A DNA stretch of 63,999 nt, filler included, from Asterionella formosa (taxonomy: Eukaryota), in NCBI GenBank assembly GCA_002256025.1. It is 14 parts of 14 records of this genome, joined end to end, with 100 filler letters (N's around TTAATTAATTAA, not from the genome) between each part and the next. Parts side by side here need not be neighbours in the genome. Positions count along the whole stretch, not along the records: positions 50,492 to 54,970 come from NKIB01013502.1; positions 55,071 to 59,549 come from NKIB01013503.1; positions 59,650 to 63,999 come from NKIB01013578.1; 11 more parts are not named here. One strand, given 5' to 3'. Shown here one piece after another: positions 50,958 through 62,753 of the stretch (position 1 is its first letter; every line of letters starts with the position of its first letter). The translations under genes and the position numbers were made by a program. Below the pieces are notes generated by a model that saw only the letters and a list, made by a program, of their open reading frames with translations, made no database searches and had not been told where the DNA came from.

Positions 50958-51950
50958 ATGATGCGAAGTAAACCGACGCGATTTGGAGCGAGAAGACTTT
51001 TGCTAGCATTCTCGCTTGCTCTACTGTTGACCATCGCGTTTCGACATCCATCAGGACCAGACGAACTGCCTTTTGATCCCTCGCCAACAAAAACAACCAC
51101 CACCAGAATAGTAGCCACATCTCCTTTTTCCAAAGCCCCTCCTCGTTTCATCTTTCTTGTTGGTTTGGAAGGAACTGGGCACCATCTATTTTCGACCCTG
51201 ATCACCGAATCTCCAATGTATCAATTACTACCAAAAGATGATCTGATTCGGCTTCAACAGTCGTTGTACAACGAGCACAATAAGACCAATTCACTCTGGA
51301 CAGCACATTGTAGTGCTACCTTAGACAGCGCGACAAATCGCATTATGAACCAAGTCGTTGCAAACCTGCAAACACTTCATCGGAATGTCCATCCTACTAC
51401 TGTGACAATTCCAATCAATGGGCTAGAATACAATAATACAGGTGTTGGAATGATGTCTTATCCCAACTACTCCTCGAGGAACCCGAATGGAAAAACTCCC
51501 CGATGTGACTTGACCAAGTTTCCAACTATTGATTTACTTTACCAGGCTTGTAACCGTGCCAAGGTTACTTGTGGTCACATTTATATCCACAGAGATCCCA
51601 AACAAGTACTCAAATCTACAACTGTGAATCGGCGATTTCACACACAAATTGAAGCCATTCAGTTGTATACCACCATGTTGCATGTCATATATGGACAGTT
51701 TATGGAACATCCGCAGCAAATGGTATCATGCTGGGACTATGGAATACCACCTTCTTACAAAGTTGTTGGGCAGTGGTTGGGATTTGCGAATGAATCAGAC
51801 TTTGACCGTGTAATCCAGTCAGTGTACCGGCCACCCTCAATGCACAGCCATGCAACTAAAAAGCCTAAAAAAGGAAAACATAACCATGACTATCATTATG
51901 CCTCATTGCAGCGTGCACATGAACATGTCAAGACATTATGCCCTCCATAA
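50958..51950 (+). CDS. Sulfotransferase-like type II membrane protein
   Basis: 330 aa with N-terminal anchor and P/T stalk. FLVGLEGTGHH is PSB-loop-like and IYIHRDP...S is 3'-PB-like. Confidence 0.6.
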   Translation: MMRSKPTRFGARRLLLAFSLALLLTIAFRHPSGPDELPFDPSPTKTTTTRIVATSPFSKAPPRFIFLVGLEGTGHHLFSTLITESPMYQLLPKDDLIRLQQSLYNEHNKTNSLWTAHCSATLDSATNRIMNQVVANLQTLHRNVHPTTVTIPINGLEYNNTGVGMMSYPNYSSRNPNGKTPRCDLTKFPTIDLLYQACNRAKVTCGHIYIHRDPKQVLKSTTVNRRFHTQIEAIQLYTTMLHVIYGQFMEHPQQMVSCWDYGIPPSYKVVGQWLGFANESDFDRVIQSVYRPPSMHSHATKKPKKGKHNHDYHYASLQRAHEHVKTLCPP

Positions 51951-52193
51951 TGTGGGGGCCAGAACATCTCCAGTATAATTGGCCTTCGAAACATGTCTAT
52001 ACATGACCAAATTCTATAATTTAAAGATTTCATTACAGCATAATGGTGTAAAATAGGGCGATATACATATCAAAATTTCATTTGTATGTATCATACACCA
52101 GATGGTTTCATACATTGTTTTCATGTTGATAAATAATTTATATATGAATCATCAGTCCATGATGATGCAGAACTTGATTAATTGTTGTCAATG

Positions 52194-53169
52194 NNNNNNN
52201 NNNNNNNNNNNNNNNNNNNNNNNNNNNNNNNNNNNNNNNNNNNNNNNNNNNNNNNNNNNNNNNNNNNNNNNNNNNNNNNNNNNNNNNNNNNNNNNNNNNN
52301 NNNNNNNNNNNNNNNNNNNNNNNNNNNNNNNNNNNNNNNNNNNNNNNNNNNNNNNNNNNNNNNNNNNNNNNNNNNNNNNNNNNNNNNNNNNNNNNNNNNN
52401 NNNNNNNNNNNNNNNNNNNNNNNNNNNNNNNNNNNNNNNNNNNNNNNNNNNNNNNNNNNNNNNNNNNNNNNNNNNNNNNNNNNNNNNNNNNNNNNNNNNN
52501 NNNNNNNNNNNNNNNNNNNNNNNNNNNNNNNNNNNNNNNNNNNNNNNNNNNNNNNNNNNNNNNNNNNNNNNNNNNNNNNNNNNNNNNNNNNNNNNNNNNN
52601 NNNNNNNNNNNNNNNNNNNNNNNNNNNNNNNNNNNNNNNNNNNNNNNNNNNNNNNNNNNNNNNNNNNNNNNNNNNNNNNNNNNNNNNNNNNNNNNNNNNN
52701 NNNNNNNNNNNNNNNNNNNNNNNNNNNNNNNNNNNNNNNNNNNNNNNNNNNNNNNNNNNNNNNNNNNNNNNNNNNNNNNNNNNNNNNNNNNNNNNNNNNN
52801 NNNNNNNNNNNNNNNNNNNNNNNNNNNNNNNNNNNNNNNNNNNNNNNNNNNNNNNNNNNNNNNNNNNNNNNNNNNNNNNNNNNNNNNNNNNNNNNNNNNN
52901 NNNNNNNNNNNNNNNNNNNNNNNNNNNNNNNNNNNNNNNNNNNNNNNNNNNNNNNNNNNNNNNNNNNNNNNNNNNNNNNNNNNNNNNNNNNNNNNNNNNN
53001 NNNNNNNNNNNNNNNNNNNNNNNNNNNNNNNNNNNNNNNNNNNNNNNNNNNNNNNNNNNNNNNNNNNNNNNNNNNNNNNNNNNNNNNNNNNNNNNNNNNN
53101 NNNNNNNNNNNNNNNNNNNNNNNNNNNNNNNNNNNNNNNNNNNNNNNNNNNNNNNNNNNNNNNNNNNNN
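52194..53169. other. Intra-scaffold sequence gap (N run)
   Basis: Long N run with no TTAATTAATTAA core. Confidence 0.95.
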
Positions 53170-54787
53170 TCTGTACTTCCTGATCCTGATGTTTGGCTCC
53201 TTGCTGCCACTGATTGAAGGCCTAAAACACAATTTTGTGGTCACTCACGACGCTCGCACTCTCATTGCTCCCATTGGGGCTCCGTATGGCTTTCTCAAAG
53301 GGGGATGTTTTGGCTTTGACGTTGTCGATTTCAGTCTCGAGACCGGGAGGTGGAATCGTTGGAAGAGGAAGCGACAACCTCAAGCTATCTCTCAGGAGGT
53401 TTCCAATTCCGTGGAGGTTGGATTTCTGTTGAAGCGGTTTACTTCGGAAAGTGCATTTACGAAATACGAAGAAGAGGTCTTGTCGGATCCCAAGATTTGT
53501 ATCTTTGAACCTTTTCGAGGGCATGAGGAAGATCCGGTGTTTGCTAAAGATGATGATTTTCAAATCGACACTGGAGAAGTGATGGCGGCAGCTACGGATG
53601 GAATTTTTGTGCCGGTCGTTCGTCGGGCCGGATCGACATGGAGCACCAAAAGTCCTTCATTTATGTATCAGTTTAAGGAAGGCGAAAGTGGACTCTATTT
53701 TTTAATGTACCAGATATGTTCGAACAGCACTGATAAGCCAGATATTCGATCGTCATTTGCGATTGACTTCCACTACAAGAACACTGATTTCCTTGGGAAA
53801 GAATCTTACTTGACCGCAGGTGAAATGCCTCTGCCTATCATCTTTTTCTACTTCAGCGTCTCCTATTTGGGTTGCTGGCTTGTTTGGACCATGAATATTC
53901 GGTCAATCAATAGGGGCAATGGAACCATCTTTGGTGGGTCCACCTTTGGCCATCGTGTCATGGTCTATCCAATACACCACTTAATGTCAGTCTTGCTGTT
54001 CGTAAAGACTCTGACCACTTTTTTCGAGTCAGTTAGGTACCATTTTCTTCGCATAACGGGACATGCCGCATTTTGGTCTGTGATATACCATATATTGTCC
54101 TTCTTGAAGGGACTGTTTTTGTTTACTACCATTTTGCTGATTGGATCTGGATGGTCATTTGTCAAGCCATTCTTGACAGAACGAGAAAAGAAACTGATCT
54201 TTTTCGTTTTGGTTTTGCAAGTTTTGGATAATATCGCATTGATTGTGCTAGCAAACGAAACGGAAGGAGAGATCAAATATGACGAGTGGAGTGCAATCTT
54301 GCACCTTGTAGATATAATTTGCTGTTGTGCTGTCCTCTTCCCGATTTTCTGGCAAGTCAGTGCTCTAGAGCAAAAAATTGAAGACGGAAGTATTGAGATA
54401 AACCCAGAGGATGGAGATGAGACTAAAGAATCTCCCGAAAGTCCAGCTGAAATCTCGGAAGATGATGCCCGCACGCTTTCAAAATTGAAACTCTTTCGAT
54501 CATTCTACTTGATGGTTGTTGCCTACATTTACACAACTCGAATTTTAGTCTACCTCTTGGCGACAGTTCTGGATTTCAAGCACACCTATGTTCGATATCT
54601 CGTGACCGAATTAGCAACTCTCGGATTCTACGTTATGACTGGTTTGCAGTTTCGGCCCATGCCCGAGAATCCCTATCTACCGATCATCAATAAGAAGGGG
54701 GACATTGAACACGAAATTGAATTTGAAAATGATAGGGGTGAAGTAGAATTAGCCGACCTGGGTATGGCAATGGGCAAAATGAATTGA
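53170..54787 (+). CDS. Lung seven-transmembrane receptor family protein (GPR107/GPR108/CAND7-like), 5' end in gap
   Basis: YLTAGEMPLP, IHHLM, LIGSGWSFVKPFL, DIICCCAVLFPI, KLKLFRSFY..VVAYIYTTRI, FRPMPENPYL. Confidence 0.92.
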
Positions 54788-55724
54788 AAATATATGTTTT
54801 GTTCACACTAGATCTTCATACAATTTGAATTCTCTCGTTCATTGTACATTTCTGACCAACTTGATCACCTTTGAGCAAGACAAGAGTGAGAGGTGCAATT
54901 TCGAGGTACGTGGTAGCCCTGGGAATACAACGGTTTAGAGGTCCCGGTCGGTATAGCTTGAGCATGACATNNNNNNNNNNNNNNNNNNNNNNNNNNNNNN
55001 NNNNNNNNNNNNNNTTAATTAATTAANNNNNNNNNNNNNNNNNNNNNNNNNNNNNNNNNNNNNNNNNNNNAGCAAGGTGGAGGCAAAGGTAGAGCAGCGA
55101 ACAAGCAATCAAACAAAAAATTCTCGCTTGGCTGACATCTGTCATAGTAGTAATACCAAACCAGTAGCCTGATGTAAGCAGAACACTAATTAGTGACGAA
55201 CGTAAATAATCCCTATATAAATCTATATCAAACCATCATCAAAACGAATGAAAGTAAGATTATTGACACAAAAACTGAAATAATATTTGAGTTAAAAGGC
55301 AAACGCATTATTATTTAAGGTTTAAAAAATGAAAACAATGAATAATAAATGGGTAGATGATGCAACGGACAAATAATATTTTGGCAGGAAAAAGCTTTAG
55401 AGTGAACAATAGGGTAATCGAAACCAGAATTTGAACATAAAATTTTCTTCAGGTACGTAGTAAAAAATATGTATTGATAGTCATACAAAACGACCATAAT
55501 CATCAACTTTAAAAACTTCATATCTCTTGAATTATGAAGCTTCATTACTAATTAAACAGACCTATTGAAAGCGGAGAGCCTGTTCTACATTTAGCTACGT
55601 ACTTGATTTGTTGTCACAATGAAATTTGACTAAAATAGTTTGAGTCGAAACATGGGGTAAACTTTATATGACTCTCAGTTTTTAGGTGGTACTTACCTCC
55701 CAGCGGATATCACGGTACCAGGTA

Positions 55725-55800
55725 CCTGGAAGGTCCGGTAAAACACGTTTTTGCTTTTAAAAAGATTTAACTAAATATCTCGATCAACGGACCTTCCTGG
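55725..55800. mobile_element. 76-bp TA-flanked MITE with 13-bp TIRs CC(A/T)GGAAGGTCCG
   Basis: ta|cctggaaggtccg...cggaccttcctgg|ta, 12 of 13 positions complementary. Single copy in the window. Confidence 0.6.
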
Positions 55801-55808
55801 TACATTAA

Positions 55809-56330
55809 TCATTAGATTCTTTCCGGATAGACTGAATTCAGTCTGTATTTTCAATCCTTTGCCCCTTGTTCAATATTCGAATGTTCCATTTCTAAAAAGA
55901 TTTACAATATCTTCAGATCTGTAGGTTTCTGGAAGAATGCACATTAATCTAGGTTTGAAAATAAATTCACTTACATGAGAAGCCTGTATGATGCCAGATT
56001 TTCTGTGGCTGTGCATTGGATTGTGGTGGTACAAAAATGAAATTTGACAATGAGTAAAGGTGCTGTTGTTTCATGCCCTTGCAAGTGCATTCACCCATTA
56101 TTGCGGTTCTTAAATCATCGTGTGAATATAAAAAGGCTCTTCTGAGGGGGAGATCAAGAATATCAGAGGTGAAGAGGTGATGCTGGCAATCGCAGTCACC
56201 GCTCCCAGGACTGTGGATGATGCTTATACAACTGAGCTGCAGGCTCTTGAAAATGACTTCCATATCATTTCTGAAGGTGATCCAGAGTACTTTTACTTTG
56301 GTGAAGGAGATTGCCGGCATTGTTTGCAAA
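55809..56330 (+). mobile_element. 5' end fragment of the piggyBac-like family (copy 2)
   Basis: Reverse complement of about 42690-43226. Preceded by TTAA (55805-08). Contains the near-terminal palindrome agactgaattcagtct. Confidence 0.7.
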
Positions 56331-58081
56331 TAAAAGTACCATATTTATACCAAGATCACAGGTATCATCATACTATGCCAACATGATACTTAGCTATTCC
56401 ATTAGTTGTATGACAAATGCATAGTAAAAGTATACGATCATGTCAAGCATAATAATAATAATGCACAGCACACAATATAATTATTAAAAAATTATCCTAT
56501 GATGTACATTCTTTTATCATATATCTATCGCAACATGATCGTAATTCTAATCAAAGTGACTGGTGTTCAAAATATGGTGAAAAGACTGTAATTTTACGAT
56601 AATTAGAAATCATGAATATATTTTTTAACCTGCTAAGCTTTGTTTCTCCATTCTTACACTATGCTACCACCTTTGCTTGTTCTTTGATTCCTGTAGCATG
56701 ATTTCAAGGCCTCTGGTTGACTGAGCCTTTCACTTGCTTCCCAGACTTCTCACATCGATTGCAGAAAAACCAACTGCCATCACTGTCACTCCACTTCAAA
56801 AGGAATTGTTCGCCAATTCATCATCTACCTTCTCATGCTTTCCTAACATATCACTGTTTGCTCATTTATCCTCTTATGTTTTTATTCTTAGGTTTTACAT
56901 TGGATTGCCCATTTGCTCCTTTGTTCCATAGGTCCTACCGAAACGAGAGGATGCTGATCCATTTTCAATTGCTGGTCTTGATATCCTGCCTAATCATAGT
57001 TACAATGAGAAGCAGCGAATGGTTAGTTATGTATTGCTTGTTTACACCACAACAAATGCCTCCGATTCTGGATTGGATTACAAATTCTTGATGTATTTCC
57101 GAAAATTTCTGAATAATAATGTGTCATTCGAATATCGCATAAGTACTCATCAATAAATCGTTCCACCGGTATCATTTAAAAATTTCAACAAATACTGTTT
57201 GATTAAAAATATCCTGAAAAATAAAAACAACTCATGTTTCAGTTATGTTCAAACAGTTGCGCATTGACCCAATGAGAGCGCTTATCTATTTTCTTTTGTC
57301 CACATTGGCGGTTTCCCACTGAATGCAAAATTGATTACAATCAATAAAATTTGAGAATTAGTTGATGTTATATTGTTTTTCAAAGTGGCATCCATTGTCG
57401 GCTACATAACAACCAACAGTGTTTGATATGCACAACAAGCTTCGGTCATTAGTAGGTGAATTGTTGAGGGAATCATCACGGAATTTGTACAAACACTCCA
57501 TTCACTCAACACATTCTGGCATGAGTATGCGAAAACAATTACATTATAGAGGGTTGAGGAAAATGTACGATGGATGTTATTGGACAATGATCATTCATAT
57601 CGTTTTTATGTCGATTCTTGCCTGGATCACCGACTGATATGCGTTGTCAGGAGAGGCACCATTTTCCTCGGTTTTCACATAAATTCTTGGTGAAATCATG
57701 ATCACGAAATAAATACAAACACAACACTCTGCCAAAAGGACAAAGGGAGCCCATTCTTGCATTTAGTGCAATGCAAATGCAACTGGTATGAATCGTTTTG
57801 ACTTTGTCAGGAAGTGTCAATCCATTTGATTGTTTGTGTCTAAATTGTGATGGATGTGCCCTATGTTTGTTGGGATTGAGGTAGTAGGTACCTGTTGTGA
57901 ATTGGTAATTACATATGAGCTTAACGATTGCTTAGTGTATCTGTATTAGCTCATGGTCAATGGGATTGACTGGGAACTCACAACGGTCAGAATCTGAGGT
58001 TTTCCAAAGTACTAGGAGCTTCTTGGACTCTATGCATGATAATATTAAGATCATATGATGTACACAAAATGTACATTGCTT

Positions 58082-59010
58082 CGTCACTCCCGCCAATTGA
58101 GGGGCTAAAATAATTAGTTACCAAAACCTTGTGTATCAATATTGAAACAAATGGGTTATGGCTGCCGCCAATTGAATGGCATAAATAATTAAATACAACT
58201 GATGTATAAAATATTGATGCAACAAATTTTTCAGAAACAGTACCGGTACACAAATTTGTGGAAAACAATGGACGTATCATGCATTGAATAGTATTTTCGA
58301 ATGATGTATATGCAAATATGATCATCATGGATTCTACCAGAAGTGCCATATTGATGGTGCCTTTGACATTTATAAATTTACGAAACTTGATACATTTATA
58401 AATTTCTCAAAATTTTTTTATCACTATGCATGGCAAATATATTTGAAATTGTTCTGACATGTTAACAATCCATGCCTGATTCATGAAAAGAATTATCATA
58501 GTAGCATATGACAAGGAAAAAATTACGCAACAACGAAAAAATTGCGGCTTTGACACATTGCGCCTTCGAAGGATGGAGTCGTGGATGACAAATGGTTGGG
58601 ACGATAAAAACAAAGAGTAAACTAAACTTTTCCTTTCTTCTTACTCAGTTGAATCAAGAGCTCATGATTTCGCTTGTTGGGGAGCACCAATGTAAAACAA
58701 AAGAATATTGGTAAGTTATCTTGTTGTTGGACCTATTCACTAGTGCTGTTAACATGTTTTTCTTCATTTCAAAGTTAAGCTAAAACAAACGAATTGGTAA
58801 GTTTTATTCGACAACATTGGATACGTGATATTTACTTAGTCAAGAATTGACTGACAATTCACTATTACAGACATATGCATCAATTGCTTTGGTTTGTGGT
58901 AAGTGATAAAGCAAGAAGATATAATGTAATTTCGTGGTGTTGTGTCAATGTAACATGACTAGCTCACAAGTCATTCCTTCTCATTGTTACTGTATCTGCG
59001 CACACAGGAC
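58082..59010 (+). repeat. Family C long copy (about 0.9 kb, colinear with 60548-61440)
   Basis: Shared blocks gtggaaaacaatggac, ttcgcttgttggggagcacca, ggtaagttttattcgacaaca and acaagtcattccttctcattgtta. Confidence 0.85.
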
Positions 59011-59154
59011 AATGAAACCAATCAAAAAACAGAATAGTCGGCGAGTTTAGAATGACACTAACAGCAGGGAGAGATATGACACATTAAGCACTGTCTGGCA
59101 CAAGATTCAGAATAGAGGAAGAAAAGGTTGAGACAGGAATATATATTGAAACAA

Positions 59155-59549
59155 CATCTAAGCCACGTATTACGTGAAGTGACCATCACGTAAATAAGCC
59201 TAGTTGATTTTGAATGGATCACATGAATTAGTTGAATACATCAAAATGCTTACTTGAATATATCTATATATTATCTGAATACATCACGTTCATTATTTGA
59301 TCAGAGTATCATGCATGCATTCCTGATCATCACTTCATTACGTGATCACCTTCACATAATTATTTGAAATACTTCACATAATTATTTGAAATACTTCACA
59401 TAATTATTTGAAATACTTCAATTAATTCTGTAATTCAGTTCACATTGCCTTAAATTTTTGTTCACGTAATTCTATAATATAGTTCACATAATGTATTAAA
59501 CTTTTTTACGTAATTTAAAAGTACTATCAAATAATATTGATTACTAATT
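59155..59549 (+). mobile_element. Repeat family A (copy 4)
   Basis: Starts CATCTAAGCCACGTATTACGTG, has three 22-bp units at about 59350-59420, and runs to the scaffold end. Confidence 0.85.
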
Positions 59550-59950
59550 NNNNNNNNNNNNNNNNNNNNNNNNNNNNNNNNNNNNNNNNNNNNTTAATTA
59601 ATTAANNNNNNNNNNNNNNNNNNNNNNNNNNNNNNNNNNNNNNNNNNNNTAAATCATTTTGGTACTTGCTTCTTTGTTAATACCGGCAGTATTTGCCACA
59701 TGTCGCTTGTTTCCATGAACCTCTATATGGTTTTTCGAAGACATTGCTTGTACAACTAGATAACTGTTGTCGTTCTCTTCCTTAAAGTTCGATGATCTTA
59801 AAAGCAGGTGTTGCAAGCTACAATAAAATGAATCATCAGGCAATACATATAATATTTTATGATGTCTAGATATGATACCATAAGACCAACAGTGCTATTT
59901 ACATTATCATATAAAAATCAGAACCGAGTTTGAGTAATAGCATATCTTGT

Positions 59951-60385
59951 TTTCAATTATACGATTATACAATCCTAAAAATATGATGATTTACTGTCCC
60001 GCTGCAGTAGCAACAGTCATGAACATATGGTGCTCTGTTGGTCGCTTACTACTCCGACTACTCTCTTTCAATTTTACGATCGTACAATCCTAAAACTATG
60101 ATGATATACAGTCCCGCTGCAGTAGCAACAGTCATGAACATGTGGTGTTCAATTGCTTGCTTACTACTCCGACTATTCTTTTTCAATTTTATGATCATAC
60201 GATCCTGAAACTATGATGATTTAATGTCCCGCTGCATAGCAGCAGTCATGAACATATGGTGTTCTGTTGCTCCCTCACTACTCCGACTACTCTCTTTCAA
60301 TTTCACGATCGTACAATCCTGAAGCTATGATGATTTTCTGTCCCACTGCAGTAGCAACAGGTTGCTCGCTTACTACTCTAACTAG
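59951..60385. repeat. 115-bp tandem repeat, about 3.7 copies
   Basis: tttcaatt unit starts at 59951, 60066, 60181 and 60295. The fourth copy has an internal deletion. Confidence 0.92.
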
Positions 60386-62054
60386 TTCGAGTATATCACT
60401 TCCTACCTGCTACTGGTAATCTGTATATCTTTGATAAAATGTAATTGTCAAATGATGTACCGGTACACATGAAGAACTTCCGCCCAAAAAAGAGGCTTTG
60501 ACAATTTTCTACCGAAATCCTTGCATATAAATCATGATACAAATTGGTTATGACTTACACCAATTGAATGGTCTGCCAGTAAATAATAAGTTCCAATGGA
60601 CGTAGAAAATAGTGATTCAAACAAGTTTCAGAAACATTATTGGTACACAAAGTCGTGGAAAACAATGGACATATTGTGCATTGATTATTTTCGAATTATG
60701 TATATGCGAATATGATCATCTCAACAATACCAGACGTTCCATATTGAGAGTGACTTTGATTTTTATAAATGTACGACACTTGATATATTTATATATTTAC
60801 AAATTTTATTACTATATACATGGAAAATAAATTTGAAATCGATCTGTGATGTTAACAAACAATGCCTGCTTCATGAAAATAATTATCGTAGTAAAGCACA
60901 TGACAAGAAAGGAAAGTTTATGCAATAACGAAAAACATTGTGGCTTCGACACATTGCGCTTTCGAGGGATGGAGTATGATCAAGGTAATGAAGTCATCAA
61001 TGTGGTGCTTGGATGAAAATTGTCGGGAGTCAGGACAACAACAATTTCCTTTCTTCTCAGTTGATTCATTAGCTCGTTTCGCTTGTTGGGGAGCACCATT
61101 GTAAAACAAAGCAAAATTGGTAAGTACTCTTGTCGTTGGACTTATTCACTTCTGTCGGAACAAAACTGACAGGCACAACGTTTATCTTCTTCTTTCAAAG
61201 TTAAGCTAGCGAAAATGAATCGGTAAGTTTTATTCGACAACAATGGAAACCTGAAACTTACTTATTCAAGAATTTACTGACAATTTACTGTTACAGACTT
61301 GTACATCACTTGCTTTGATTTGTGGTAAGTGAAGCAAGCAAGAGGATACGATGGAATGGCACGATGTTGTGGTGTCAGTGTAACATATCTATCTAACAAG
61401 TCATTCCTTCTCATTGTTAATGTAACTGCAAAGGACAACAAAACCAATATCATAAACCTTCTCAAATTATTTTCACTTCACATGATCGCCATATTTTAAT
61501 CATTGCTTGAAAGCATCATTAAATCAGCTAAACTATATTCTATGAAATGAATTTTTTCATTGTATAGCTATCTTAAAACTGATCATAATTCTAATCACAA
61601 GCATTGTTCAAAATAGATTGAAATGGATCGTAATTTAACTTTTAAATTTAGGAATGCTATCTGTGATTCTACAGGCCAGCGAGGACCCATCATTTCTCTC
61701 TCTGCTCGGCTCAATGTATGTTGTTCCTGTGTCACCCTTTTCTTCTTCTATTCTTAATCTTGTTCCAAGCAGTGCTTCGTCTCTCTCCCTGTTGTTAGTG
61801 TCATTCTGAACTTGCCGGCTATTCCGTTGTTTGATCGATGAGAAATGTTGTTGATCAATTGATATACATTGTGTGATGATAGTGTTCTAATTATAAAGAA
61901 TATAATTCAAGGTCGGTAAAACACTAATAAATCATCATTTTTATAGGATACCTTGATCATTGTTTTTATCCAAAAATTATCATATATACGAAAATCCTGT
62001 GCCACTTAGCGTACAATACACTTGATCCTATATGCATGATAATTTTTATTTGCA

Positions 62055-62753
62055 GACTCAGCTCAGAAAGCTGGATTAATTTTTGAATCTTGTCATACCA
62101 GGAGAAAGACTATTCTGAAAGAATTTAAATGCCGATTCAATGATAATGACTCAACTCCCCAAGTGAAACAGGCCGTATTGCATGATGGAAAACTGATTGA
62201 TGTTGTATGTTTTGATTTCATGGCTCAGTTTAATATTCTCTTGACAAAGGACACACTAATTTCACGACAGAATGTGTCATTTGATTTCGACAATCCGTGT
62301 AAAGCACCACAACCCAGCAGTGTCAGATCAGAATTTCACACTGGCAGCTGGTGGATTGATGCCCATGAATACTTATGTACTCAGCCAAATGAATTCCTTG
62401 TTCCACTCATATTCTTTATTTATATGGCTTACAAGGTCGAAAAAGGAAAGTACTCGATGGAGCCTGTCCTAATGTCACTTGGTATATTTACTACTACCAA
62501 TGTGAGAAATAAGGTCAATGGATGGTGGCCAATTGGATTGATCCCAAAGCTGACCTCATCAAGTCTATCTGAAATCCAGTCCCTAACCCCTGATCAAAAA
62601 GAATCCGACTATCACGCTGTTCTTGATGTGATTTTTGAGGGGGTCAAGAATGTCCAACAACTTGCTGGATTCAAAAACATTTTCAATTTGGGGGGAAATC
62701 AATTTACACTCTGTGTGAAAGCTCCGGTTGGTCTAATTCTCGGTGATGCTGAA
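62055..62753 (+). mobile_element. Plavaka-family transposase fragment
   Basis: VVCFDF, EFHTGSWW, LVPLIFFIY (expected D is Y), SMEPVLMSLGIF, WWPIGLIP, YHAVLDVIF, LILGDAEG. Cut at GDAEG by a foldback element. Confidence 0.8.

Noticed and set aside
48762..51950. Pyruvyltransferase plus sulfotransferase as an EPS-modification cluster
   Set aside because: They are on different scaffolds (spacer at 50392-50491), so linkage is unsupported.
52102..53244. Long ORFs of 333-371 aa
   Set aside because: They consist almost entirely of N-gap translation.
59951..60385. 115-bp repeats as repeat-spacer array
   Set aside because: The whole unit is repeated; there are no unique spacers.
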